A program made the translations under genes and the position numbers. Shown piece after piece: positions 33,638-45,863 of a DNA stretch of 64,000 bases (positions are counted from its first letter, which is position 1; each line of letters starts with the position of its first letter). Below the pieces are notes generated by a model, which was given only the letters and a program-made list of their open reading frames with translations, was not told where the DNA came from and did no database searches. The stretch is from Tubulanus polymorphus (taxonomy: Eukaryota; Animalia; Nemertea): the NCBI RefSeq assembly GCF_964204645.1, contig NC_134027.1, positions 24,514,560 through 24,578,559 on the forward strand, written 5' to 3'.

Positions 33638-34714
33638 ATGCTCTATGAAAACGTTACAAGTGCAAGTTCTGCATTGACTACTGTTCATCTAAACTATTCA
33701 TCATGTCAGATGATTAAAACGCTTCCTGTTAAATGGATCAACAAATTGTTTGCTTTAACGTATATAGCTTGGTTTCTACCGGCGTCAGTATTGGGTTTGA
33801 TATTCAACGCATTCACGTTGTTAGTTCTGAAACGATTTGAATCTGATAATTATTTTCTCATCAAAATTCTCGCTTTAAACGATCTTTTGTTTATGATCGC
33901 TACGTTCATTCTTTATCCACTGAGAACTGCGTACGTTTACGGCGTTTTGGGGGATATTGTATTTCGCATAAGTGACTGGAATTTCGGTTGGATTTTCATC
34001 TCAGTCGCCTTGCCGTTTTTCTACATGTTTCAGATGACACGTAACTGGTGCACTGTACTGCTCAGTCTAGAGCGGTTAATCGTCGTATTGTTTCCGATCA
34101 AATCTCGTAATTTTCCTAAAAAGTCACTATCAACGTGCGCGATGACATTTATTTCACTGTTAAGTTTTTGTGGTCATTTCGCTCAAGCAATACCAAAATA
34201 TAATCTTGTGTTTTTGGGATGTCCCGCCCACTGGCCGTATATCATAACCCTGGGTAAGCAATCTGAATATTGGAACAATCATCTAGACTTCTGGCGCTCA
34301 CGAATTTCTCAGAGATATATATTCATATGTCTTACTGCCATGATCCCAATTTGCTTGTTAGTTGTAATTAATGTGATTCTTATTTCTGTGATATTTTACC
34401 GTCGGGTTACTCGACGTTCAGAGCTCGGTATAACTGATGAATCGTCTAAAAAAGAAATGAGGGTTTTAAGGATGGTTTTATCTGTAGTTTTGTTGTTTAT
34501 CATTTGCGAAATGTTTGGTTTTATTTTCCGATTTAGTCGTATGGAATACATACCTTATATACCAAGTCTAAGCCTTGTAGCGTTGGGATTTTCGATCATC
34601 GATTCGTCAGTAAACTTTATCGTGTATTGCGCGACAAACGAAAAATTCAGAAAAATCGCTATCGAAATTTTAATAAACCTTTGCTCAGAAAAAAAGTCAC
34701 CATTTCAATCATGA
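33638..34714 (+). CDS. Class A GPCR, FMRFamide-receptor-like / putative chemoreceptor, copy 1 (358 aa)
   Basis: 7 hydrophobic segments; TM1 LGLIFN, TM2 LALND, TM3 LSLERLIVVLFP, TM6 FIICE, TM7 DSSVNFIVYC..FR; start taken at the first ATG. Confidence 0.9.
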   Translation: MLYENVTSASSALTTVHLNYSSCQMIKTLPVKWINKLFALTYIAWFLPASVLGLIFNAFTLLVLKRFESDNYFLIKILALNDLLFMIATFILYPLRTAYVYGVLGDIVFRISDWNFGWIFISVALPFFYMFQMTRNWCTVLLSLERLIVVLFPIKSRNFPKKSLSTCAMTFISLLSFCGHFAQAIPKYNLVFLGCPAHWPYIITLGKQSEYWNNHLDFWRSRISQRYIFICLTAMIPICLLVVINVILISVIFYRRVTRRSELGITDESSKKEMRVLRMVLSVVLLFIICEMFGFIFRFSRMEYIPYIPSLSLVALGFSIIDSSVNFIVYCATNEKFRKIAIEILINLCSEKKSPFQS

Positions 34715-35392
34715 AAAAGCAACAAAAAACGTGTTTCCTTTTGCAAACTTTAAACACAATTTGAACATTTCAGATTTCATTTTAATATTCTTTTTATGAA
34801 GTGGTATACCGTCAACAACCAAAAAACGAACTTAACCCAAAATCAGCTCGTGAAAGGAAAATACTCAGAAGAGAACTGTGTTTGAATATAAAACATGAGA
34901 AAAAAGTTTAATTTATTCTAATGTTGGCCTCGATGATTCTCCGAAGATTGCACGATGATTTTCTGCGAACACGCCGGAAAGCGATTACTCGCGCGTTATT
35001 TTTACAAGCTACGTCTGTTGTTCTCAGGGCGAGTTTGTGTCCATTCCATCATCAAGCAATGCTCGTTACGACACTCCGGCCAGCAGAAATAGGCTCTACA
35101 ATTAAACTAACTACTACATTCCGAAAAGACAATGTAATATGAAAATACACTATTTTTAAAACAATTCGGCAGTTTTGTCTTTTTTAGCTTCTAAACGCGG
35201 CTTCGCGCGAATATAGAATTCGATCGGGAATTTCTTTTGTAACAGCGATGGTGCAATTCAATATATTGGTTTCAGTTTCTTGGGGGAATCGGATATTTTG
35301 TAATCGGTTTCTTTGTGACACCTTTCATCGCTTTGACTGTTTATAATCTTGCGAGACAATCAGTACTGATACAGAAGATGGAACTAATTAAT

Positions 35393-35395
<3 letters not shown>

Positions 35396-35456
<61 letters not shown>

Positions 35457-35529
35457 CCTCCCTCCCTCCCTCCCTCCCTCCCTCCCTCCCTCCCTCCCTC
35501 CCTCCCTCCCTCCCTCCCTCCCTCTCTCT
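35396..35529. repeat. (CT)n(CCCT)n compound microsatellite; copies at 39438-39611 and 43524-43669
   Basis: Directly visible; length differs between units. Confidence 0.95.
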
Positions 35530-36168
35530 TGTAACAGTGAACTAACTAGACTGTGTGTAGAAGGATATAGCGTGGATAGAAGGCTTGTGAGCCTTCTAGT
35601 GTCTGATGTGAAACAAATGAACGTGTCTTATGTGAAAAGGAATCTACGTAATTCTTCTTCGTCAATATCATTTAAAGTGCCATGGCATCGAAATCGTCAC
35701 AAAGGTGGGCAAAGGGTTTCGCTGACACCTGCCTGCAGCTTGAACCAAGGTCGTCTCCATCAGGGCTATACAGACCTGAGATGATCTCTGCCACTATCTC
35801 GAATAACTAGATCCGCAGCTGTAATTCATTTCTCTAAAACTACATATATACGTTTGTGAAATGTCAAATTGTCGGGGTTTAAATTTTCAATACCGAAATA
35901 CATATAGTTTCATCTCATATATGCATGCTAGTTTTACGTTATATTGCAGCAAAATATACAATTTACAATATTTTCGCATCCACTTAAAACGAATCAACTA
36001 TTTACATTCAAAGTCGTTCATTACATATTCATGCAGTTGTGTGGTAAAATGTGAATGGTTGACATGTCATTTTGATCAAATCTACGCGGAAAAGATACAA
36101 AACCTAATTGAATTAGGTACTGATTTGGACTGAACATTTTAGCGAATGTGTTCACAATAGAATGTATA

Positions 36169-36210
36169 AAACTGTCTCTACAGAGATTGCAATCTCTGTA
36201 GAGACAGTTT
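36169..36210. repeat. Perfect 42-bp palindrome; copies at 40252-40293 and 44309-44350
   Basis: aaactgtctctacagagattg|caatctctgtagagacagttt. Confidence 0.95.
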
Positions 36211-36643
36211 ATATATTCTATATAGAATATAGCAAAACATGGTTTATTTTCTTAAGGGAGTGGTTTGCAGCTCATGGGATGTTCAGTAATACCATAGAAC
36301 CAGCACCGCATCGACAACACCGCAACTCAGTCGTTTTGACGTTACGTGTCCTTATCGGTGGATTAACGCGTGTTCAGTGTTTCGAAGTATTCGGACTGTC
36401 TAATATTCAACGAACACACACGATATTGATGATCGCGCAATAGAACAAATCAAACTGTCTGTCCGGAGACTAAAATCGGGCGCGCGGAGACGTGCAAAAA
36501 CACGAAACAAAAATAATTTGAGGTATCGCAACAATTTGACGCGATTAGTGGAGCGATTTTGTGTCATTTTCAAGTATCGTCGAGTTTTCTGTTTGAAACG
36601 TGTTTTTCTACTGTTCTGTGCGTCCGGTTTTACAGTTTATGAG

Positions 36644-37717
36644 ATGTTTGATAACAACATTACTAGTACTAGTGCTGCATTGACAACAACTGAATTAAAC
36701 TGGTGTTCGAACGTTAAAAGAAATGTACCAATTCAATGGATTAACAAATACAGTGTATTGATGTATTTAGGCTGGTACCTACCGGCGTCAGTGTTTGGTT
36801 TGACATCCAACACTTTCACGTTGTTAGTGCTAAAACGATTTAAATCTGATAATTATTTTCTTGTCAAAATTCTCGCCATAAACGATATTTTATTCATGAT
36901 CGCTACATTCATTATGTATCCGCTGAGAACTGCGTACGTTTACGCCGTTTTAGGGGATATTGTGTTTCGGGTGAATGATTGGGTGTTTGGTAAGATGTTT
37001 ATCGCAGTCGCTATGCCATTTTTCTACATATTTCAGATGACACGTAACTGGTGCACTGTACTGCTCAGTCTAGAGCGGTTAATCGTCGTATTGTTTCCAA
37101 TAAGATCTCGAAAAATTCCGAAGAAATTAATATCACAATGTGCGATGATATTTATATCACTTTTGGGTTGTTGTGGCCATTTTATTCGCTTCATGCCTGA
37201 CTATGTAATTGGACACATGGGTTGTCCTGTTGAGTGGCCATATGTTACGACATACGTTGCCTATTACCACTACACCACATGGTTTGATCGAAACAGGTGG
37301 CGTTACGTAATTTCTGAGCAATCTCTATTCATGTATCTTACTGTTCTGATCCCAATTTGTGTTTTAGTCTTAATCAATGTGATTCTTATTTCTGCAATAT
37401 TTGTGCGTCGGGTTACTCGACGTACAGCGCTCGGTATAACTGATGAATCGTCTAGAACGGAAATGAGAGTTTTAATAATGGTTTTATCAGTAGTTTTCGT
37501 ATTTATTTTTTGCGAAGGTTTTGGTTTTATCGACCGTCTAATGAGATTAGATTATATCCCATATTTGAACACAATGAGCCTGATAGCGTTGGGATTTTCT
37601 ATCGTCGATTCGTCAGTAAATTTTATCGTGTATTGCGTGACAAATGATCAATTCAGAAAAATAGCTGTTGATATCTTAGGCAATGTCTGCCACAAACAAC
37701 GCACTTCGATGAAATAG
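36644..37717 (+). CDS. FMRFamide-receptor-like GPCR, copy 2 (357 aa)
   Basis: Same motifs; ATG (MFDNNITS, with an N-glycosylation sequon) follows a ttttacag acceptor-like site. Confidence 0.92.
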   Translation: MFDNNITSTSAALTTTELNWCSNVKRNVPIQWINKYSVLMYLGWYLPASVFGLTSNTFTLLVLKRFKSDNYFLVKILAINDILFMIATFIMYPLRTAYVYAVLGDIVFRVNDWVFGKMFIAVAMPFFYIFQMTRNWCTVLLSLERLIVVLFPIRSRKIPKKLISQCAMIFISLLGCCGHFIRFMPDYVIGHMGCPVEWPYVTTYVAYYHYTTWFDRNRWRYVISEQSLFMYLTVLIPICVLVLINVILISAIFVRRVTRRTALGITDESSRTEMRVLIMVLSVVFVFIFCEGFGFIDRLMRLDYIPYLNTMSLIALGFSIVDSSVNFIVYCVTNDQFRKIAVDILGNVCHKQRTSMK

Positions 37718-39434
37718 AAGCAATACAATGTAGGCAATGGATGTCTTCTCTTTTACACTTTAAAATATTGATTTTGATAATTCCTACAGTCTACACACGA
37801 AAGATCGGTTAACAAACAACGGTGTCAGGAATTCTAGCATTCTGGAATTCCGGGAGCCGCCCCTAAAATGGGCCCTTTTCCTCTGCCCTCTGAAGCTGGA
37901 ACCCCGATAGAGCACATTGACATTCCCGATAAAAACATTCTCTAAAAAGGAAACATTAAGATGAGATTTGCATGATCTACCGTATGTAGGCTACGATCGC
38001 CTAAAATCAAAATACAATGCTGACTAAATATGAATTAAATCACCATGCAGTGAATCAACCAAATGCGATCGAAACATGATGGTAACAAAAAAAATTCCAC
38101 AAGAAACAACAGCCAAGAAATTGAATCATGTTTATTTCGATGATATAAGAAAATGACTGCAAGGATATGAGGTCCACTCAAGTATAACTGAAATCTGTTT
38201 ATTTGGGCAATTTTCTTACTCTTTCGCGATTCATTACGCGATTTAACCTCGTCGTTGCCATGCTACGAACGTATGACGTAGATTTTAATTGTTCCTCTTT
38301 TTCCTTTGCCGCAAAACATTGGCAACAAATATTCGCCATGCTAACTCTTTAGCACGATAGCCAAAATCAACGAGTCCAAAACTGTTTCAATACGTTCTGG
38401 TTCAACACAAATTAATTTCAGTTTACCGAAGTTATCACCATCGTTGTACAGCTACATTTTGTTGTTTTAATTCGAATTGATTCGAAAATATTTGCGTCGA
38501 AAATATTTTGCTCGTTTTATTTCTTGTGGCCAAGCAGCAAAATCTCGCTCAGATATACTAAGCTAAGAACGCGTGGTATAATGGGTTTTTTGTTTGTTCC
38601 TGTGTGACTTGACGAGTAGTCCAAGTAAAAACGTTTGTCAGATAATTTTGCAGAATAAATATATTTTAGTGAATTGTCTTTTATATAAACCAATACATCC
38701 ATGTGTTTAATCTCTTCTGAATGTCATCGATCAACCTGTGTGCTTTTATTAATCTTGATTTGCCAATTTTTGGAAACTTTTAAGTTCTCCTAACGTGCCA
38801 ACCCAGATACCACATAATATATCGTCCAAAGTTCTTTCTCCAATTAACTGAAATATCTACATGCATAATTCACCTCAGTTGCAATTCTTTCCTGTAAACC
38901 AATGTTTTTTTTCTTCTTCAAATATTCTTGTTTGAATATAAAACATGAGAAAAAAGTTTAATTTATTCTAATGTTGGCCTTGATGATTCTCTGAAGATTG
39001 CACGATGATTTTCTGCGAACACGCCGGAAAGCGGTTACTCACGCGTTATTTTTACAAGCTACGTCTGTTGTTCTCAGGGCGAGTTTGCATTCCATCATCA
39101 ATGCTCGTTACGACACTCCGGCCAGCAGAAATAGGCTCTACAATTAAACTAACTACTACATTCCGAAAAGACAATGTAATATGAAAATACACTATTTTTA
39201 AAACAATTCGGCAGTTTTGTCTTTTTTAGCTTCTAAACGCGGCTTCGCGCGAATATAGAATTCGATCGGGAATTTCTTTTGTAACAGCGATGGTGCAATT
39301 CAATATATTGGTTTCAGTTTCTTGGGGGAATCGGATATTTTGTAATCGGTTTCTTTGTGACACCTTTCATCGCTTTGACTGTTTATAATCTTGCGAGACA
39401 ATCAGTACTGATACAGAAGATGGAACTAATTAAT

Positions 39435-39534
<100 letters not shown>

Positions 39535-40707
39535 CCTCCCTCCCTCCCTCCCTCCCTCCCTCCCTCCCTCCCTCCCTCCCTCCCTCCCTCCCTCCCTCCC
39601 TCCCTCTCTCTTGTAACAGTGAACTAACTAGACTGTGTGTAGAAGGATATAGCGTGGATAGAAGGCTTGTGAGCCTTCTAGTGTCTGATGTGAAACAAAT
39701 GAACGTGTCTTATGTGAAAAGGAATCTACGTAATTCTTCTTCGTCAATATCATTTAAAGTGCCATGGCATCGAAATCGTCACAAAGGTGGGCAAAGGGTT
39801 TCGCTGACACCTACCTGCAGCTTGAACCAAGGTCGTCTCCATCAGGGCTATACAGACCTGAGATGATCTCTGCCACTATCGCGAATAACTAGATCCGCAG
39901 CTGTAATTCATTTCTCTAAAACTACATATGTATGTTTGTGAAATGTCAAATTGTCGGGGTTTAAATTTTCAATACCGAAATACATATAGTTTCATCTCAT
40001 ATATGCATGCTAGTTTTACGTTATACTGCAGCAAAATATACAATTTACAATATTTTCGCATCCACTTAAAAACGAATCAACTATTTACATTCAAAGTCGT
40101 TCATTACATATTCATGCAGTTGTGTGGTAAAATGTGAATGGTTGACACGTCATTTTGATCAAATCTACGCGGAAAAGATACAAAACCTAATTGAATTTGG
40201 TACTGATTTGGACTGAACATTTTAGCGAATGTGTTCACAATAGAATGTATAAAACTGTCTCTACAGAGATTGCAATCTCTGTAGAGACAGTTTATATATT
40301 CTATTTAGAATATAGCAAAACATGTTTTATTTTCTTAAGGGAGTGGTTTGCAGCTCATGGGATGTTCAATAATACCATAGAACCAGCACCGCATCGACAA
40401 CACCACAACTCAGTCGTTTTGACGTTACGTGTCCTTATCGGTGGATTAACGCGTGTTCAGTGTTTCGTCGCATTCAGACTGGTCTAATATTGATGAGCTC
40501 GAGAGAGAACAAATCAAACTGTTTGTACGGAGATTAAAGCCGGGCGCGCGGAGACGTGCAAAAAAACGAAACAAAAATAATTTAGAGAATCGCATCAATT
40601 TGACGCGATTAGTGGAGCGATTTTGTGTCATTTTCAAGTATCGTCGAGTTTTCTGTTTGAAACGTGTTTTCCGTCTGCTCTGTGCGTCCGGTTTTACAGT
40701 TTATGAG

Positions 40708-41781
40708 ATGTTTGATAACAACATCACTAGTACAAGTGCTGCATTGACAACAACTGAATTCAACTGGTGTTCGGACGTTAAAAGAAATGTACCAATTCAA
40801 TGGATTAACAAATACAGTGTATTGATGTATTTAGGCTGGTACCTACCGGCGTCAGTGTTTGGTTTGACATCCAACACTTTCACGTTGTTAGTGCTAAAAC
40901 GATTTAAATCTGATAATTATTTTCTTGTCAAAATTCTCGCTATAAACGATATTTTATTTATGATCGCTACATTCATTATGTATCCGCTGAGAACTGCGTA
41001 CGTTTACGTCATTTTAGGGGATATTGTGTTTCGATTGAATGATTGGGGGTTTGGTAAGATGTTTATCGCAGTCTCCTTGCCATTTTTCTACATATTTCAG
41101 ATGACACGTAACTGGTGCACTGTACTGCTCAGTCTAGAGCGGTTAATCGTCGTATTGTTTCCAATAAGATCTCGAAAAATTCCGAAGAAATTAATATCAC
41201 AATGCGCGATGATGTTTATATCACTTCTTGGTTTTTGTGGCCATTTTATTCGCTTCATACCCGACTATATAATTGGACACATGGGCTGTCCTGTTGAGTG
41301 GCCATATGTTACGACATACGTTGCCTATTACCACTACCCCACATGGTTTGATCGATTCAGGTGGCGTTACGTGATTTCTGAGCAATCTCTATTCATGTAT
41401 CTTACTGTTCTGATCCCAATTTGTGTTTTAGTCTTAATCAATGTGATTCTTATTTCTGCAATATTTTACCGTCGGGTTACTCGACGTACAGAGCTCGGTA
41501 TAACTGATGAATCGTCTAGAACGGAAATGAGAGTTTTAATGATGGTTTTATCAGTAGTTTTTGTGTTTATTGTTTGCGAAGGTTTTGGTTTTATCGACCG
41601 TCTAATGAAATTAGGTTATATCCCATATTTGAACACAATGAGCCTGATAGCGTTAGGATTTTCTATCGTGGATTCGTCAGTAAATTTTATCGTGTATTGC
41701 GTGACAAATGATCAATTCAGAAAAGTAGCTGTTGATATCTTAGGCAATGTCTGCCACAAACAACGCACTTCGAAAAAATAG
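40708..41781 (+). CDS. FMRFamide-receptor-like GPCR, copy 3 (357 aa)
   Basis: Intact ORF, near-identical to copy 2. Confidence 0.92.
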   Translation: MFDNNITSTSAALTTTEFNWCSDVKRNVPIQWINKYSVLMYLGWYLPASVFGLTSNTFTLLVLKRFKSDNYFLVKILAINDILFMIATFIMYPLRTAYVYVILGDIVFRLNDWGFGKMFIAVSLPFFYIFQMTRNWCTVLLSLERLIVVLFPIRSRKIPKKLISQCAMMFISLLGFCGHFIRFIPDYIIGHMGCPVEWPYVTTYVAYYHYPTWFDRFRWRYVISEQSLFMYLTVLIPICVLVLINVILISAIFYRRVTRRTELGITDESSRTEMRVLMMVLSVVFVFIVCEGFGFIDRLMKLGYIPYLNTMSLIALGFSIVDSSVNFIVYCVTNDQFRKVAVDILGNVCHKQRTSKK

Positions 41782-43520
41782 AAGCAATAAAATGCAGGCA
41801 ATGGATGTCTTCTCTTTTACACTTTAAAATATTGATTTCGATAATTCCTACAGTCTACACAGGAAAGATCGGTTAACAAACAACGGTGTCAGGAATTCTA
41901 GCACTCTGAAATTCCGGGAGCCGCCCCTAAAATGGGCCCTTTTCCTCTGCCCTCTGAAGCTGGAACCACCCCTGATAGAGCACATTGACATTCCCGATAA
42001 AAACATTCTCTAAAAAGGAAACATCAAGATGAGATTTGCATGATCGACCGTATGTAGGCTAATTAAAGCTGATTCGCCTAAAATCAAAATACAATGCTGA
42101 CTAAATATGAATTAAATCACCATGCAGTGAATCAACCAAATGCGATCGAAACATGATAAAGTAACAAAAAAAATTCCACAAGAAACAACAGCCAAGAAAT
42201 TGAATCATGTTTATTTCGATAATATTAGAAAATGACTGCAAGGATATGAGGTCCACTCACGTATATCTGAAATCTGTTTATTTGGGCAATTTTCTTATTC
42301 TTTCGCGAATCATCGCGAAATCTAACCTCGTTGCCATGCTATGAACGTATGACGTAGATTTCAATTGCAAATGTTCCTCTTTTTCCTTTGCCACAAAATA
42401 TTTGCAACAAATATTCGCCATGCTAACTCTTAAGCACGATAGCCAAAATCAACGAGTCTAAAACTGTTTCAATACGTTCTGGTTCAACACAAATTAATTT
42501 CAGTTTACCGAAGTTATCACCATCGTTGTACAACTACATTTTGTTGTTTGAATTCGAATTGATTCGAAAATATTTGCGTCGAAAATATTTTGCTCGTTTT
42601 ATTTCTTGTGGCCAAGCAGCAAAATCTCGCTCAGATATACTAAGCTAAGAACGCGTGGTATAATGGGTTTTTTGTTTGTTCCTGTGTGACGTGACGAGTA
42701 GTCCAAGTAAAAACGTTTGTCAGATAATTTTGCAGAATAAATATATTTTAGTGTATTGTCTTTTATATAAACCAATACATCTACGTGTTTAATCTCTTCT
42801 GAATGTCATCGATCAACCTGTGTTCTTTTATTAATCTTGATTTGCCAATTTTTGGAAACTTTTAAGTCCTCCTAACGTGCCAACCCAGATACCACATAAT
42901 ATATCGTCCAAAGTTCTTTCTCCAATTAACTGAAATATCTACATGCATAATTCACCTCAGTTGCAATTCTTTCCTGTAAACCAATGTTTTTTTTCTTCTT
43001 CAAATATTCTTGTTTGAATATAAAACATGAGAAAAAAGTTTAATTTATTCTAATGTTGGCCTTGATGATTCTCTGAAGATTGCACGATGATTTTCTGCGA
43101 ACACGCCGGAAAGCGGTTACTCACGCGTTATTTTTACAAGCTACGTCTGTTGTTCTCAGGGCGAGTTTGTGTCCATTCCATCATCAATGCTCGTTACGAC
43201 ACTCCGGCCAGCAGAAATAGGCTCTACAATTAAACTAACTACTACATTCCGAAAAGAAAATGTAATATGAAAATACACTATTTTTCAAACAATTCGGCAG
43301 TTTTGTCTTTTTTAGCTTCTAAACGCGGCTTCGCGCGAATATAGAATTCGATCGGGAATTTCTTTTGTAACAGCGATGGTGCAATTCAATATATCGGTTT
43401 CAGTTTCTTGGGGGAATCGGATTTTTTGTAATCGGTTTCTTTGTGACACCTTTCATCGCTTTGACTGTTTGTAATCTTACGAGACAATCAGTACTGATAC
43501 AGAAGATGGAACTAATTAAT

Positions 43521-43612
<92 letters not shown>

Positions 43613-44783
43613 CCTCCCTCCCTCCCTCCCTCCCTCCCTCCCTCCCTCCCTCCCTCCCTCCCTCTCTCTTGTAACAGTGAACTAACTAGACTGTGTGTAG
43701 AAGGATATAGCGTGGATAGAAGGCTTGTGAGCCTTCTAGTGTCTGATGTGAAACAAATAAACGTGTCTTATGTGAAAAGGAATCTACGTAATTCTTCTTC
43801 GTCAATATCATTTAAAGTGCCATGGCATCGAAATCGTCACAAAGGTGGGCAAAGGGTTTCGCTGACACCTACCTGCAGCTTGAACCAAGGTCGTCTCCAT
43901 CAGGGCTATACAGACCTAAGATGATCTCTGCCACTATCTCGAATAACTAGATCCGCAGCTGTAATTCATTTCTCTAAAACTACATATATATGTTTGTGAA
44001 ATGTCAAATTGTCGGGGTTTAAATTTTCAATACCGAAATACATATAGTTTCATCTCATATATGCATGCTAGTTTTACGTTATATTGCAGCAAAATATACA
44101 ATTTACAATATTTTCGCATCCACTTAAAACGAATCAACTATTTACATTCAAAGTCGTTCATTACATATTCATGCAGTTGTGTGGTAAAATGTGAATGGTT
44201 GACACGTCATTTTGATCAAATCTACGCGGAAAAGATACAAAACCTAATTGCATTAGGTACTGATTTGGACTGAACATTTTAGCGAATGTGTTCACAATAG
44301 AATGTATAAAACTGTCTCTACAGAGATTGCAATCTCTGTAGAGACAGTTTATATATTCTATATAGAATATAGCAAAACATGTTTTATTTTCTTAAGGGAG
44401 TGGTTTGCAGCTCATGGGATGTTCAATAATACCATAGAACCAGTACCGCATCGACAACACCGCAACTCAGTCGTTTTGACGTTACGTGTCCTTATCGGTG
44501 GATTAACGCGTGTTTAGTGTTTCGAAGTATTCGGACTGCATAATATTCAACGAATACACACGATATTGATGATCGCGCAATAGAACAAATCAAACTGCCT
44601 GTTCGGAGACTAAAATCGGGCGCGCGGAGACGTGCAAAAAAACGAAACAAAAATAATTTGAAGTATCGCAACAATTTGACGCGATTAGTGGAGCGATTTT
44701 GTGTCATTTTCAAGTATCGTCGAGTTTTCTGTTTGAAACGTGTTTTTCTACTGTTCTGTGCGTCCGGTTTTACAGTTTATGAG

Positions 44784-45863
44784 ATGTTTGATAACAACAT
44801 TACTAGTACAAGTGCTGCATTGACAACAATTGAATTCAACTGGTGTTCGGAAGTGAAAAGAAATGTACCAATTCAATGGATTAACAAATTCATAGTATTG
44901 ATATATTTAGGCTGGTATCTACCGGCGTCAGTGTTGGGTTTGGCATCCAACACTTTCACGTTGTTAGTGCTAAAACGATTTAAATCTGATAATTATTTTC
45001 TTGTCAAAATTCTCGCTATAAACGATATTTTATTTATGATCGCTACATTCATTATGTATCCGCTGAGAACTGCGTACGTTTACGCCATTTTAGGGGATAT
45101 TGTGTTTCGATTGAATGATTGGGGGTTTGGTAAGATGTTTATCGCAGTCGCCATGCCGTTTTTCTACATATTTCAGATGACTCGTAACTGGTGCACTGTA
45201 CTGCTCAGTCTAGAGCGGTTAATCGTCGTATTGTTTCCAATAAGATCTCGAAAAATTCCGAAGAAATTAATATCACAATGCGCGATGATGTTTATATCAC
45301 TTCTTGGTTTTAGTGGCCATTTTATTCGCTTCATACCCGACTATGTAATTGGATATTTGTATTGTGGAATGGAGCTGTCATATGTCACGTTAGACGTTGA
45401 CTATTACCACTACCCGGAGTGGTTTAGTCGGCACATGGGAAGATGGCGTTTCCAAATTTCTGAGCAATCTCTATTCATGTATCTTACTGTTCTGATCCCA
45501 ATTTGTTTTTTAGTCTTTATCAATGTGATTCTTATTTCTGCAATATTTGTGCGTCGGGTTACTCGACGTACAGAGCTCGGTGTAACTGATGAATCGTCTA
45601 GAACGGAAATGAGGGTTTTAATGATGGTTTTATCAGTAGTTTTCGTATTTATTGTTTGCGAAGGTTTTGGTTTTATCGACCGTCTAATGAGATTAGGTTA
45701 TATCCCACTTTTGAACACAATGAGCCTGATAGCGTTGGGATTTTCTATCGTCGATTCGTCAGTAAATTTTATCGTGTATTGCGTGACAAATGATAAATTC
45801 AGAAAAGTAGCTGTTGATATCTTAGGCAATGTCTGCCACAAACAACGCACTTCGATAAAATAG
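44784..45863 (+). CDS. FMRFamide-receptor-like GPCR, copy 4 (359 aa, divergent ECL2)
   Basis: Intact ORF with the same TM motifs. Confidence 0.92.
   Translation: MFDNNITSTSAALTTIEFNWCSEVKRNVPIQWINKFIVLIYLGWYLPASVLGLASNTFTLLVLKRFKSDNYFLVKILAINDILFMIATFIMYPLRTAYVYAILGDIVFRLNDWGFGKMFIAVAMPFFYIFQMTRNWCTVLLSLERLIVVLFPIRSRKIPKKLISQCAMMFISLLGFSGHFIRFIPDYVIGYLYCGMELSYVTLDVDYYHYPEWFSRHMGRWRFQISEQSLFMYLTVLIPICFLVFINVILISAIFVRRVTRRTELGVTDESSRTEMRVLMMVLSVVFVFIVCEGFGFIDRLMRLGYIPLLNTMSLIALGFSIVDSSVNFIVYCVTNDKFRKVAVDILGNVCHKQRTSIK

Noticed and set aside
35315-36443. Short ORFs repeated in each duplication unit (MTPFIAL..., MDRRLVS..., MSNCRGL..., MYKTVST...)
   Set aside because: Their conservation reflects recent duplication. 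They are frameshifted or truncated between units and lack motifs.
36518-36643. N-terminal extensions of the GPCR ORFs from TTG/GTG starts (also 33575, 40453, 44658, 48232)
   Set aside because: Bacterial-style start calls. The ATG preceding the N-glycosylation sequon aligns across all copies.
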